Of a stretch of 64,000 nt of DNA, positions 1-9,247 are shown in pieces; the stretch's first letter is position 1; every line of letters begins with the position of its first letter. This DNA comes from an uncultured Solirubrobacteraceae bacterium (GTDB lineage Bacteria; Actinomycetota; Thermoleophilia; Solirubrobacterales; Solirubrobacteraceae), in contig CAWGGR010000006.1 of NCBI GenBank assembly GCA_963822245.1, forward strand, positions 144,779 through 208,778, in the 5' to 3' direction. The notes beneath the pieces are model-generated. The model was not told the DNA's origin. It did no database searches and saw nothing but the letters and a program-made list of their open reading frames with translations. The position numbers and the translations under genes were made by a program.

Positions 1-439
1 CGCGCGTGATCGCTGCCAGAAAGCCGACCGGCACGCGCGCATCGCGCGCCGCCGCATCTCGCAGCGAGCGCAGCAGCGGCGCCGAGTCGAGCACCGGATC
101 GGTGTTCGGCATCGCGATCACCGCCGCGAAGCCCCCCGCCGCGGCCGCGCGCGTGCCGCTCTCGAGGTCCTCCTTGTGCTCCTGCCCGGGCGTGCGCAGG
201 TGCACATGCGGGTCGAAGAACGCCGGCGTCAGCGTGAGGCGCCCACCCCCCTCGATCAGCTCCGCGCCCGCATGCGCCTCGAGCGTCTGCGCGTCGGCCA
301 GCTCGGCGATCTCGCCGCCGCGGATGCGCACGTCCAGGCGCGCGTCCGTTGGGCCGCGCGGGTCGAGCGCGCGCACGTCGCGCAGCAGCAACTCGGCGTC
401 GGCGAGCGCGGTCGAGAACAACTGCGCGGCTGTGCCCAT
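1..439 (-). CDS. pyrC: Dihydroorotase, N-terminal part (runs off window start)
   Basis: Not in ORF track. Manual translation from ATG at 439 gives MGTAAQLF...PAFFDPHVHLRTPGQEHKEDLESGTRAAAAGGFAAVIAMPNTDP (DxHxH metal motif, MPNT motif). Lies directly downstream of pyrB. Confidence 0.93.
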   Translation of the reverse strand, partial: MGTAAQLFSTALADAELLLRDVRALDPRGPTDARLDVRIRGGEIAELADAQTLEAHAGAELIEGGGRLTLTPAFFDPHVHLRTPGQEHKEDLESGTRAAAAGGFAAVIAMPNTDPVLDSAPLLRSLRDAAARDARVPVGFLAAITR

Positions 440-441
440 CG

Positions 442-1404
442 CTAGCGGCCTGCGCCCACTGCGGCCGCGCCCGGCGCAAGCGCCGCCGCGCCCGCCGGGC
501 GTGGCTCGCGCGATCCGGCGAGCAGCTCGTAGAGAACGGCCATGCGCACCACCACCCCCGCCTCGACCTGGGCGGTGATCACGGCCTGCGGCGAATCGAC
601 GACCTCGCCCGAGAGCTCGACGCCGCGGTTGACCGGGCCGGGGTGCATGAGGATCTGATGGGGCGCGAGGCGCCTGCCGTTGATCTGATACCAGGCCGCG
701 TACTCGCGCATCGACGGCACCCACGTCTCGCTCATGCGCTCGTGCTGCATCCGCAGCGCGTAGACGACATCGGCGCTGTGCAGCTCATCGAGCGTGTAGC
801 GCACCTCGCAGCCGAGCTGCTCGATCCCGCGCGGGATCAGCGTCGGCGGGCCGACGAGCGTGACCTTCGCGCCCATCATCTGAAAGGCGAGCACGTTCGA
901 GCGCGCGACGCGCGAGTGCGCGACGTCGCCGACGATCCAGATCGAGGCGCCGTCGAGCGAGCCGCGGCGCTGGCGCAGCGTGTAGACGTCGAGCAGCGCC
1001 TGCGTCGGGTGCTCGTGCTTGCCGTCGCCCGCGTTGACGATCGCCGCGCCGCACCATTTCGAGACCAGCTCCGAGGCCCCCGCCCACGGCGTCCGCAGCA
1101 CGATCGCATCCGGCTTGTGCGCACTCAGCGTCAACACCGTGTCCTTCAGCGACTCGCCCTTCTCGACGCTCGAGCCGCTCGCCGCGAAGTTGACGACGTC
1201 CGCCGACAGCCGCTTGGCGGCGAGCTCGAACGAGCTGCGCGTGCGCGTCGAGGCCTCATAGAAGAGGTTCAGCACCATCCGCCCGCGCAGCGCCGGAACC
1301 TTCTTGATCTCGCGGTCTGAGACCTCCGCGAAGCGCTCCGCCTGGGTGATGATCCGTTCGATCGCCGCGCGGTCGAGGTCCTCGATCGAGATCAGGTGGT
1401 TCAT
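442..1404 (-). CDS. pyrB: Aspartate carbamoyltransferase catalytic subunit
   Basis: FYEASTRTRSSFE carbamoyl-phosphate motif, HEHPTQALLD, MHPGPVNRG. Confidence 0.97.
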   Translation of the reverse strand: MNHLISIEDLDRAAIERIITQAERFAEVSDREIKKVPALRGRMVLNLFYEASTRTRSSFELAAKRLSADVVNFAASGSSVEKGESLKDTVLTLSAHKPDAIVLRTPWAGASELVSKWCGAAIVNAGDGKHEHPTQALLDVYTLRQRRGSLDGASIWIVGDVAHSRVARSNVLAFQMMGAKVTLVGPPTLIPRGIEQLGCEVRYTLDELHSADVVYALRMQHERMSETWVPSMREYAAWYQINGRRLAPHQILMHPGPVNRGVELSGEVVDSPQAVITAQVEAGVVVRMAVLYELLAGSREPRPAGAAALAPGAAAVGAGR

Positions 1405-1979
1405 GCTGAGGCCCCGATCACTTCCGCGCTGATCGGATCGACGCCGCCCGAGATCGCGACCTCGTCGAGCCCGTCGAGCTCGCGCACGCGCACGTGCACG
1501 TGCTCGCCCAGGGCCGTCGGCAGGTTCTTGCCGACGTAGTCCGGGCGGATCGGCAGCTCGCGATGGCCGCGATCCGCGAGCACCGCCAGCTGCACCCGCT
1601 CGGGGCGGCCGTACGCGAACAGCGCCTCGATCGCCGCGCGCACCGTTCGCCCGGTGAACAGCACATCATCGACGATCACGACCGTCAGCCCGGTGACGTC
1701 GAAGTCGATGTGCGACGCGTGCACGACCGGCGCGTCCGGCCTCGTCGAGACGTCGTCGCGATAGAACCCGATATCGAGGTCGCCGAGCGCGACCTGCGCG
1801 TCGAGCAGCGCCTCCAGCTGCGCGTGCAGGCGCTGGGCGAGGAACGCGCCGCGACGATGGATTCCGACGAGCGCCGGAAACGGCTCGTGCGGGTTGCGCT
1901 CAACGATCTCGTGCGCGATGCGCGTCAGCGCGCGCCCGATTTCCTCCTCGTGGAGGACGACCTTCTCGTTGCGTTCCAT
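1401..1979 (-). CDS. pyrR: Bifunctional pyrimidine regulator PyrR / uracil phosphoribosyltransferase
   Basis: RIAHEIVERN, VVIVDDVLFTGRTVRAA, DRGHRELPIRPDYVGKN; 4-bp overlap with pyrB. Confidence 0.97.
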   Translation of the reverse strand: MERNEKVVLHEEEIGRALTRIAHEIVERNPHEPFPALVGIHRRGAFLAQRLHAQLEALLDAQVALGDLDIGFYRDDVSTRPDAPVVHASHIDFDVTGLTVVIVDDVLFTGRTVRAAIEALFAYGRPERVQLAVLADRGHRELPIRPDYVGKNLPTALGEHVHVRVRELDGLDEVAISGGVDPISAEVIGASA

Positions 1980-1984
1980 CGTTT

Positions 1985-2016
1985 CCTTCCTGGCCTCGCG
2001 GGACCGGGTTAAAGGA
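1985..2016 (-). promoter_or_regulatory. PyrR-binding RNA stem-loop overlapping the pyrR ribosome-binding site
   Basis: Minus strand reads CCTTTAACCCGGTCCCGCGAGGCCAGGAAGG. This matches the PyrR site pattern CUUUAA...RGUCCNGNGAGGCY; the 3' arm is also the SD ahead of the pyrR ATG. Confidence 0.85.
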
Positions 2017-2030
2017 GCACGGGAAATGTA

Positions 2031-3026
2031 TCAGGGCGATGTGACGGGCTCCGGCTCCGCGGGCGCTGTCCCCTCCGCCGCGCGCTCGCGCGCCTGGCGC
2101 TCGGACCAGCGCTCGAGCGTCGCCCCGCCGCGCTCCGGGAACGGCACATCGATCGTGTCGAAGTCGCGCGGCACCTCGGTCGCCGCGAACACCGCGCGCG
2201 CCTGCTCGCGCAGCTCGCCGCCCGCGTAGCGGCTCGAGACGTGCGTCAGCGCGAGCAGCCGCACGTCCGCGTCACGTGCCAGTTCCGCCGCCTGGCGCGC
2301 GGTGCTGTGGAAGGTCTGGCGCGCGCGCTCGGCCTCCTCCTCGGCGAACGTCGCCTCGTGGACGAGCACATCCGCCTGGTGGGCCGCCAGCGCGAGCGCC
2401 TCGCATGGCGTCGTGTCGCCCGAGATCACGATCTTGCGGCCCTCCCGCTCCTCGCCCATCACCCGCTCGGGTTTCACGCCCGAGACGGTCTCCCCGCGCT
2501 GCAGACGGCCGAAGTCCGGGCCCGGGCGCACGCCGAGCTCCTCCGCCAGGCGCGCGTCGAGGTGCCCCGGCCGCGCGTCCTCGACGAGCGCATAGCCGAG
2601 CGAGCGCTCGCCCTTGTGGCGCACCGGGATCGCCGCGATCAGATAGCCGTCGCGCTGGACCGTCTCGGCCGGCTCCAGCTCGACGATCTCAAACGGGTAC
2701 GGCAGGCGCCCGAAGATCACGCGCATCTCCCCCAGCAGCTGCTTCAGACCGACCGGGCCGTAGACGCTCAGCGGCTCCGTGCGCTCGCGCAGCGCGAACG
2801 ACTTCAACATGCCCGGCAGGCCGAGCCAGTGGTCGGCGTGGAAGTGCGTGATGAACACGCTGTCGAGATCGATCAGACCGACCGAGCGCAACAGCTGGCG
2901 CTGGGTGCCTTCGCCGCAGTCGAACAGCAGGCGGTCGCCGCCGCGCCGCACGAGCACCGCGGGCAGGCCGCGGCGCGCGCTCGGCACCGAGCCGGCGGTT
3001 CCCGCGAAGAACAGCGACAGGTCCAT
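2031..3026 (-). CDS. rnz: Ribonuclease Z
   Basis: GTAGSVP, FDCGEGTQRQ, THFHADHWLG, SGDTTP, HEATF, LTHVSSRY motifs. Confidence 0.95.
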   Translation of the reverse strand: MDLSLFFAGTAGSVPSARRGLPAVLVRRGGDRLLFDCGEGTQRQLLRSVGLIDLDSVFITHFHADHWLGLPGMLKSFALRERTEPLSVYGPVGLKQLLGEMRVIFGRLPYPFEIVELEPAETVQRDGYLIAAIPVRHKGERSLGYALVEDARPGHLDARLAEELGVRPGPDFGRLQRGETVSGVKPERVMGEEREGRKIVISGDTTPCEALALAAHQADVLVHEATFAEEEAERARQTFHSTARQAAELARDADVRLLALTHVSSRYAGGELREQARAVFAATEVPRDFDTIDVPFPERGGATLERWSERQARERAAEGTAPAEPEPVTSP

Positions 3027-3124
3027 GGCCGCTACGGTAGCGGCGCGGTTGCCGCCACGGCCAGCCGCCTCCTCCGCGCGGCGCTAAGCTCCGGAGCCCG
3101 GATGTCGTCCGCACGACGTCGTCT

Positions 3125-3197
<73 letters not shown>

Positions 3198-3280
3198 TCC
3201 CAGTTCTCGGCTCTGTAGTGGGGTTTTCAGGTGTTGGCTGCGCCCCGACGATCTACCGCCCAGCCGCTCACATCGCCACT

Positions 3281-3302
3281 GCTGCCCAATCGCTGCCCAA
3301 TC
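3281..3302 (+). repeat. Perfect 11-bp tandem repeat (GCTGCCCAATC)x2
   Basis: Read directly from sequence, ~85 bp after the tRNA. Confidence 0.9.
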
Positions 3303-3627
3303 GGAGCGTCAGGCGGGATCGGCGGGCGAGAGAAACGTCGTGATGCTCTCCTGTGCCACGCGCAGCGTCGCGCAACATTCATCAAGCGCGGCGGCGGCAT
3401 CCCCGAGGCCGTCGACTACGCCCTCCCCGTCGGCTCGCCTGACATTCGCCACAGCGGCGTGATGTCGCTTGCAGCCCTCGACGAAGCTGACGATCCCGGT
3501 CGTAATCGAGTCGAGCACGCTCTGGGGCGCAGTCGACATCGCAGCCAGCCTCGCGGCACTTCCGATTGAGCCCGAGGCGATCACGACGATCCAGCGGGCA
3601 CTCTGAGGTCTGCGGGATACTGCCCGG

Positions 3628-4056
3628 ATGGCGGCTGAGGAGTCCACGACCCCCGACCTGGCCGAGCGGTGGCGGCAGACGTTTGAGGTTTTCGCGCGGC
3701 GTGACTTCGACGCGCTGATGAAGTTCTACGCTCATGACGCAGTTTGGGACGCATCGTCCTTGGGGATCGGCACTTTTGAGGGCAGGGCGGCCATCCGCCG
3801 CGTGCTTGAAGAGTGGATCGCCCCCTACGAGGAGTACGAGGCCGAATTTGAGGAGTGCCGGGACCTGGGCAACGGAGTGGTTTTTGCTGTGGCGCACCAG
3901 GCCGCCCGTCCGGCTGGGAGTGCTCGTTCCGTACAAGACCGGCCAGCAGCCTTCGTCTCCGAGTGGGTCGATGGCATGGTGGTCCGGGGGTCGGTCTACT
4001 ACGACATCGGCGACGCCCGTGCTGCCGCCGAACGACTCGCCGAGGAACGGGGGTAG
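3628..4056 (+). CDS. SnoaL/NTF2-like family protein
   Basis: FARRDFDALMKFYAHDAVWD...FEGRAAIRR; size and pattern fit the SnoaL fold. Confidence 0.8.
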   Translation: MAAEESTTPDLAERWRQTFEVFARRDFDALMKFYAHDAVWDASSLGIGTFEGRAAIRRVLEEWIAPYEEYEAEFEECRDLGNGVVFAVAHQAARPAGSARSVQDRPAAFVSEWVDGMVVRGSVYYDIGDARAAAERLAEERG

Positions 4057-4059
4057 GCG

Positions 4060-4458
4060 ATGTCGCAGGAGAACGCGAGTTTGGTTGAGCGCGCGATCGC
4101 GGCGATCAACGCGAGGGACATCGAGGGCTATCTCGCCTGCTGCACCGAGAACATCAAGTTGGAGACGCCAGTTGCCGCCGTTGGAGGCGTGTACGAAGGA
4201 ATCGACGGAATCAGGCGTTACTTCGCGGACATCGAGGAAGCCGGACCCGATTTCCGGATCGAGCTTGACGGCGTGGAAGAGGTCGACAGCAAGCGAATGA
4301 TCGCGTTCATGCGCTTTAGCTCCTCGGGCCGAGCGAGCGGCATTCGCTTGGCATCGCATCTCACCAACGTGTACGACCTGATCGACGGCAGGATCAGCCA
4401 CGTCCGCATCTTCGTCGACCGTCAGGAGGCCCTCAAAGCCGTAGGGCTCGAGGAGTAG
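4060..4458 (+). CDS. SnoaL/NTF2-like family protein
   Basis: MSQENASLVERAIAAINARD...YEGIDGIRRYF...RQEALKAVGLEE, typical actinobacterial SnoaL termini. Confidence 0.85.
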   Translation: MSQENASLVERAIAAINARDIEGYLACCTENIKLETPVAAVGGVYEGIDGIRRYFADIEEAGPDFRIELDGVEEVDSKRMIAFMRFSSSGRASGIRLASHLTNVYDLIDGRISHVRIFVDRQEALKAVGLEE

Positions 4459-4842
4459 GGCACTCACGGGAACAAACTGGTGCCGTCGCGCGACCAGGCG
4501 ACGGCGAGGCGCAGGAGCGCCAGGCCCACCTCCGGCGTCACGTCAGCACCGACGCCGAGCACGTCTCCGGGGCGTGGGATTCGTAGGCGAGCTGGAGCTT
4601 GAGACGCTCGGGCACACGGCGGCTCGCGCGCGGCGCCTCGCCTGAGTCGAGCAGGGCGGCGGCTCGGTCCTCGTCGATATCCACGCCGACGATCAAGTCG
4701 ATCGGGCGCGACCACTGATCGGCGAGCTGCGCCTGTTCGTCCAGCCGTGATTCCGGAGTCGATTGTGTGGAAGCGCGCCGTCAGCCGCGTGTCGGGCGGC
4801 GGACAGCGATCGTGCCCGAGCTCCGCGGATAGTGTCCCGGCG

Positions 4843-5343
4843 GTGTATCGCCCATGCCACCGGCTTGCACCCGCGACGATCGCGGCCACCATCGCCATCG
4901 GGATGGCGGGCTGTGGCGTGGCGGCGGAACCGGGTGCCGAAACCTTCTACACGCAACATGGGGGAGAAGCCGGCCGCGCGGGCAGGGCTGTCGCGCTTGT
5001 CGCGGCCCATCTGGCGACGCTTCCCGCGCGACCGTCGCATGCGAATCTCGAAGCGTTGGCGCTCGCGGCGAGCACGGCTCGCCGCCCCCTCCTGGCGGCT
5101 GCCGACTGGCCGGTGAGCGAAAACGGCGAAGAAGAAGACGTGAGCCAGGCAGAGACCGAAATCAACGAAGGCGCGGGCGCCCTGCTAAAGGCGATGACGG
5201 CGATCCATCAGTACGCCCGTACCGAGAGCCGACCCGCGCTGGTGCTCTACCGCGACGACTTCAACCGGGGCCGCGAAAGCTGGAACCAGGGGACGGCGGA
5301 GCTCTGGCGCCTGCTGCGCAGGTCTCACCCCCCGACCATCTAG
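4843..5343 (+). CDS. Putative lipoprotein, helical, unknown function
   Basis: Likely GTG start at 4843; hydrophobic stretch ending in a lipobox-like MAGC; helical body. Confidence 0.55.
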   Translation: MYRPCHRLAPATIAATIAIGMAGCGVAAEPGAETFYTQHGGEAGRAGRAVALVAAHLATLPARPSHANLEALALAASTARRPLLAAADWPVSENGEEEDVSQAETEINEGAGALLKAMTAIHQYARTESRPALVLYRDDFNRGRESWNQGTAELWRLLRRSHPPTI

Positions 5344-5617
5344 CGGCTTGCGCACCGGCCCGCCGCCGGACCTGGCGTTCTGGCGCCCCTGCCACCGGAA
5401 AGCGACGAAACTCGCGACCCGAGCCTAGACCAAACAGCCTGTCGCCGTGCTCGAAACGGTGCTGCGAATCGGGGACGCATCGCTGCTCTGACGCTCGTCT
5501 GCGTTCGCGCCGTCGCATCTCCGCGCGCCGGGCGGGCTCGCGACGATGCGGATCCGATCGAGGCGAGGTAGGTTTACGCCGGCAAATCTCGGGAGACCTA
5601 CGAAACGGGGGTCCGGC

Positions 5618-6535
5618 ATGGCCGCGAGTGACGAGGTTGTTCCGCCTGGCGAGGGGCCTGGGTACGGGCTGCTGGGTCCGCGCACTCGGCATCTGATCGC
5701 GCTGGAGTTCGGCAACAAGGCGCAGTTCGATGACCCGGCGCTTGAGTGGCGCAGGCTTTTCTCGGAGCTGCTGGGCACGTTCTTCCTGCTGCTCGCCGCG
5801 GCGGGCGGCGGAATCCTGCACGCGAAAGGCGAAATCACGCTGTCGGCAGCGGTAGTGGCACCGGGCCTGACGGTGCTCGGGATCATCCTCTACATGGGCG
5901 CGGTCTCCGGCGCTCATCTGAACCCCGCGGTGACGCTCGCGTTCGCGCTACGCGGGGACTTCCCCTGGAAGCGCGTGCCGGGCTACATCATCATCCAGCT
6001 CATCGGCGCGACGTTGGCCTGCCTGTTCCTGCTCGCAGTGTTCGGCAACGTCGAGAATCTCGGCGCAACGCTGCCGGGTCCGGGCTACGTGAACTGGCAG
6101 GCGTTGCTGATGGAGATCGCGTTGACGGCCGGCCTGGTGAGCGTGATCCTGGGGACGGCTTCGGCGGCCCAGAACGTCGGCGCGATCGCAGCGCTCGGCG
6201 TTGGCGGATACATCGCGCTCGCGGGCCTCTGGGGGGCACCCGTGAGCGGCACCTCGATGAACCCGGCGCGGTCCTTCGGACCGGCGCTCGTGAGCGGCAA
6301 CTGGTCGAGCTACTGGGTCTATGTCGTCGGACCGGTTGCTGGGGCGCTGATCGCCGTCGGCTGCGCGTATGTTCTGCGCGGCGGAGGCGGGGACCCGATC
6401 TCCTACGCGGCCGGGTCCGGTGTGCTGGATGAGGGCGCGCTGGTTGCCAAACAGCGCCTCTCGCAGCAAATCGACCGAGGCGAAGTGGTGCCGCCGGGCA
6501 TCGCACCCGGCGATCATGAGGAGAAGGCCCGATGA
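5618..6535 (+). CDS. Aquaporin / MIP family channel
   Basis: Two NPA motifs (HLNPAVT, SMNPARS) and six TM segments; start placed at ATG 5618. Confidence 0.93.
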   Translation: MAASDEVVPPGEGPGYGLLGPRTRHLIALEFGNKAQFDDPALEWRRLFSELLGTFFLLLAAAGGGILHAKGEITLSAAVVAPGLTVLGIILYMGAVSGAHLNPAVTLAFALRGDFPWKRVPGYIIIQLIGATLACLFLLAVFGNVENLGATLPGPGYVNWQALLMEIALTAGLVSVILGTASAAQNVGAIAALGVGGYIALAGLWGAPVSGTSMNPARSFGPALVSGNWSSYWVYVVGPVAGALIAVGCAYVLRGGGGDPISYAAGSGVLDEGALVAKQRLSQQIDRGEVVPPGIAPGDHEEKAR

Positions 6536-7422
6536 GCGATATAGACCTTGCGAGCTGGAATGAGGGCAAGACCAGGCAGACGATCCTCGACTTTCTCGCC
6601 GCCGTCACCACAGCCGGTCCCGACTTCGTCGAGCCGGCCGACAGGGTCGCCACGTTTGACTACGACGGCACGCTGTGGTGTGAGAAGCCGAGCTACGTGC
6701 AGGCGGACTTCTTCCTGAGGCGGATGCGAGAGATGATCGAAGCCGACCCTGGGCTGGCGAAGGAACAACCGTTCAAGGCAATCGCCGAGAACGACCAGGA
6801 CTTCCTCGGGCATCTGCTCGAACACGCCGCCGACCTCGCCAAGGGCGTCACCGAGGCCTACGCCGACATCACGACGGACGCCTTCGAGCAGGCCGTCGAG
6901 AAGTTCTTCGCGAGCGCCAAGCATCCGACGCTCGCCGTGCCATATACGAGCGTCGGCTACCAGCCGATGCGCGAGCTGGTTCAACTGCTGGAAGCGAACG
7001 AGTTCAAGGTCTACGTCTGCTCCGGCGGCGGGCGGGACTTCGTGCGCGTCGTCAGCGAGGAGATGTTCGGCATACCACGCGAGCGTGTGATCGGCTCGGG
7101 GACCACGCTTGAGTACCGCGATGGCGAGGTCTACCGGACAAGGGGCGTCGAAGACCCGTTTGACGAACACGGAGGCAAGCCGGTCCACATCTGGACACGC
7201 ACCGGGCGCAAGCCGCTGCTGGCCGCGGGGAACACGAACGGCGATCAGGCGATGCTCGAGGTCGCAAGGTTCAGCCTGCTCGTCAACCACGACGACGGCG
7301 AGCGCGAGTTCGCCTACACAGAACTCGCCGAGGACGCGATGGCCGAGGCGGCGGAACGAGGATGGACGGTCGTGAGCATCAAGGACGACTGGAAGCGGGT
7401 ATTTGCCGAGGCGAGCGCCTAA
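6532..7422 (+). CDS. HAD-superfamily hydrolase (acid-phosphatase-like)
   Basis: Motif I FDYDGTLW, motif II CSGG, AAGNTNGD; 4-bp overlap with aquaporin gene. Confidence 0.88.
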   Translation: MSDIDLASWNEGKTRQTILDFLAAVTTAGPDFVEPADRVATFDYDGTLWCEKPSYVQADFFLRRMREMIEADPGLAKEQPFKAIAENDQDFLGHLLEHAADLAKGVTEAYADITTDAFEQAVEKFFASAKHPTLAVPYTSVGYQPMRELVQLLEANEFKVYVCSGGGRDFVRVVSEEMFGIPRERVIGSGTTLEYRDGEVYRTRGVEDPFDEHGGKPVHIWTRTGRKPLLAAGNTNGDQAMLEVARFSLLVNHDDGEREFAYTELAEDAMAEAAERGWTVVSIKDDWKRVFAEASA

Positions 7423-7440
7423 CCGAGAGGAGAACCTGCC

Positions 7441-8079
7441 ATGAGCGACCTGAGCGCTATCGACGTCCTCATCAACCCCGATGCAGCCACGATCGAGCAC
7501 GCCCGCAAGGTCAACGCGCGGATGCGCCAGAGCGTCCCGGACGGGTACGCCCTCGACGCCACCCACCAGCCGCACATAACGACGCTGCAGCGCTACGTTC
7601 GCAGCGACCATCTGGACGACGTGTTCGAGGCCGTCGGCGAGACCGTGGCGAAGACCGACATGTCGGCGCTGTCATACCAGGCGGTCGCGATTCGGCACAG
7701 CGACTGGGGCGTCCCCGGCCAGGGCCTCGCCGTGCTCCTCGTAGAGCCGAGCCCTGCGGTACTCGACTTCCAAGCCAGCCTGCTCGCGGCCGTCACACCG
7801 TTCGTTGGGTCCGAGGGCACCGCCGCCGCATTTGTGCGCGACCCCGGCGAAGACATCAGCCAGAGCACGATGGACTGGGTCGAGGGGTTCGTGCCCGCCC
7901 AAGTCGGCGCGGGCAAGTACATCGCCCACATCACCGTCGGCTTCGCAACGCTCGATGACCTCAAGACCATCGAAGCCGAACCGTTCGACTCCTTCCCGGT
8001 CCACCCGGCGAGCCTCGCCGTCTACCACCTGGGCAACAGCGGCACCGCACGGACGCAACTGAAGGCATGGCCGCTCTGA
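7441..8079 (+). CDS. 2H-phosphoesterase-like protein
   Basis: Two HxT motifs (PHITT, AHITV). Confidence 0.6.
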   Translation: MSDLSAIDVLINPDAATIEHARKVNARMRQSVPDGYALDATHQPHITTLQRYVRSDHLDDVFEAVGETVAKTDMSALSYQAVAIRHSDWGVPGQGLAVLLVEPSPAVLDFQASLLAAVTPFVGSEGTAAAFVRDPGEDISQSTMDWVEGFVPAQVGAGKYIAHITVGFATLDDLKTIEAEPFDSFPVHPASLAVYHLGNSGTARTQLKAWPL

Positions 8080-8149
8080 GGTGAAGCCGAAGGCTGCCAC
8101 GGGCCATCTCAAGCAAAATGGCCCGCTCTCGTCGTCTTCTCCCCGGAGC

Positions 8150-8193
8150 GCCTCCGGAGCGAGGGGTCGCAAGTTCGAGTCTTGCCCGGCGCG
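8150..8193 (+). repeat. att-like direct repeat of the tRNA-Arg 3' half
   Basis: 41/44 nt identical to 3154-3197 by manual alignment; lacks the tRNA 5' half. Confidence 0.92.
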
Positions 8194-8449
8194 CTACGAA
8201 ACGGCCTGCCAACTCCGCGGCTCTCGACGGCGTCACGTCAGCCGCGCAGCGCTGGTTTGACGCCGGCGCGTTTGGCGGCGATGGACGAGGGGTAGCGTCG
8301 GGTTGAGTCTCCTGGCAGGTCCTTCAGTGGGTGGTCCCAGGGCCCGGCGAGCAGAAGAATGATGCTCGCCGGGCCCCTGCCCACCCACGCGTCCGAACCG
8401 CCGCGCCCGGCCAGCGAGTGGACGTGCTCGCGATCCGCACCCGGCCGTC

Positions 8450-8875
8450 CTATGCGAGGGCGCGCGCTGCGTCATACGCGAAGTCACCGAGCTGGTCCAT
8501 CTCGCGGAGCGTGAACCTCGCCCGCGCGAGACCGTCGAGGATCTCGAGCACGCCGAGCACACGATCTTCGAGCAGCAACGGCATGGCGATCAGTCGCTTG
8601 GGAACGTAGCCGATCGTTTCGGCGGTCTCCTCGGCGAACCGCCGGTCCGAGGCGACGTCCTCCAGAAACAGCGGTTCGCGGGCGGCGAGCACCCAGCCTG
8701 CGACCCCGGTGGTGTCCGTGACCTTCACGCCGATGAGCGACTCGGACCCCTCGCCCGACATCGCCGCGAACACGAGCAAACGGCTCTCAGGCTCGTGCAC
8801 CAGGATCGAGCACGCCTGCGCTCCGAAGGCCTGCCGCGCCCGGTCGACGATCGCATCCAGTAGCTCCTGTGACAT
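8450..8875 (-). CDS. Stand-alone GAF domain protein
   Basis: GVAGWV...EDVASDRRF...IAMPL...LGVLEILD GAF pattern; GGAG SD upstream. Confidence 0.85.
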   Translation of the reverse strand: MSQELLDAIVDRARQAFGAQACSILVHEPESRLLVFAAMSGEGSESLIGVKVTDTTGVAGWVLAAREPLFLEDVASDRRFAEETAETIGYVPKRLIAMPLLLEDRVLGVLEILDGLARARFTLREMDQLGDFAYDAARALA

Positions 8876-9247
8876 CGCCTACTCCTCCAAGCCGCCGGGC
8901 TGCGGGTGCCCGTCACCATCGCACCGGCTCGTCGGCCCCGCTAGTGGTTTGCCAGCCGGCCGACGTGCGCGGCGATCGCATTGGCAGAGGATTCGATGCC
9001 TTCTTCCCAGAAGGGATCCGGCAGCGTCTCGGCCGCCCGGCCATTAGCTTTCGCCGCGAGAGCGGAGCTCGCGCCGAGAAGACCGCCACCGGCACACGCT
9101 ACGCCGCCGACGACCGACTTTGCAAGAAACTCCCGACCATCAAGCACTCCAAGCCCCCTTGTAGCTGATCGCATGCTTCCCCTGGCGGAGCCTACCAGTG
9201 CGGGTCTGGCTCGCCGCCGGGGCCGGCCTTACCGTAGAGCGGTGACG

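Larger units (their letters stand above)
3198..8193. mobile_element. tRNA-Arg-anchored genomic island remnant (no integrase seen)
   Basis: Bounded by the tRNA 3' end (3154-3197) and a near-identical copy (8150-8193); accessory cargo genes between them. Confidence 0.75.

Noticed and set aside
3309-3647. Minus-strand ORF after the tRNA
   Set aside because: No integrase or other motif; may encode a ~76-aa helical protein but unsupported.
4538-4790. Minus-strand protein-like frame (...RLDEQAQLADQWSRPIDLIVGVD...)
   Set aside because: No start codon after the upstream stop and no recognisable family; possible pseudogene remnant.
8941-9174. Short ORF with a Tat-like leader (DGREFLAK...)
   Set aside because: Lacks the twin arginines and a clear SD; may be a fragment; insufficient support.
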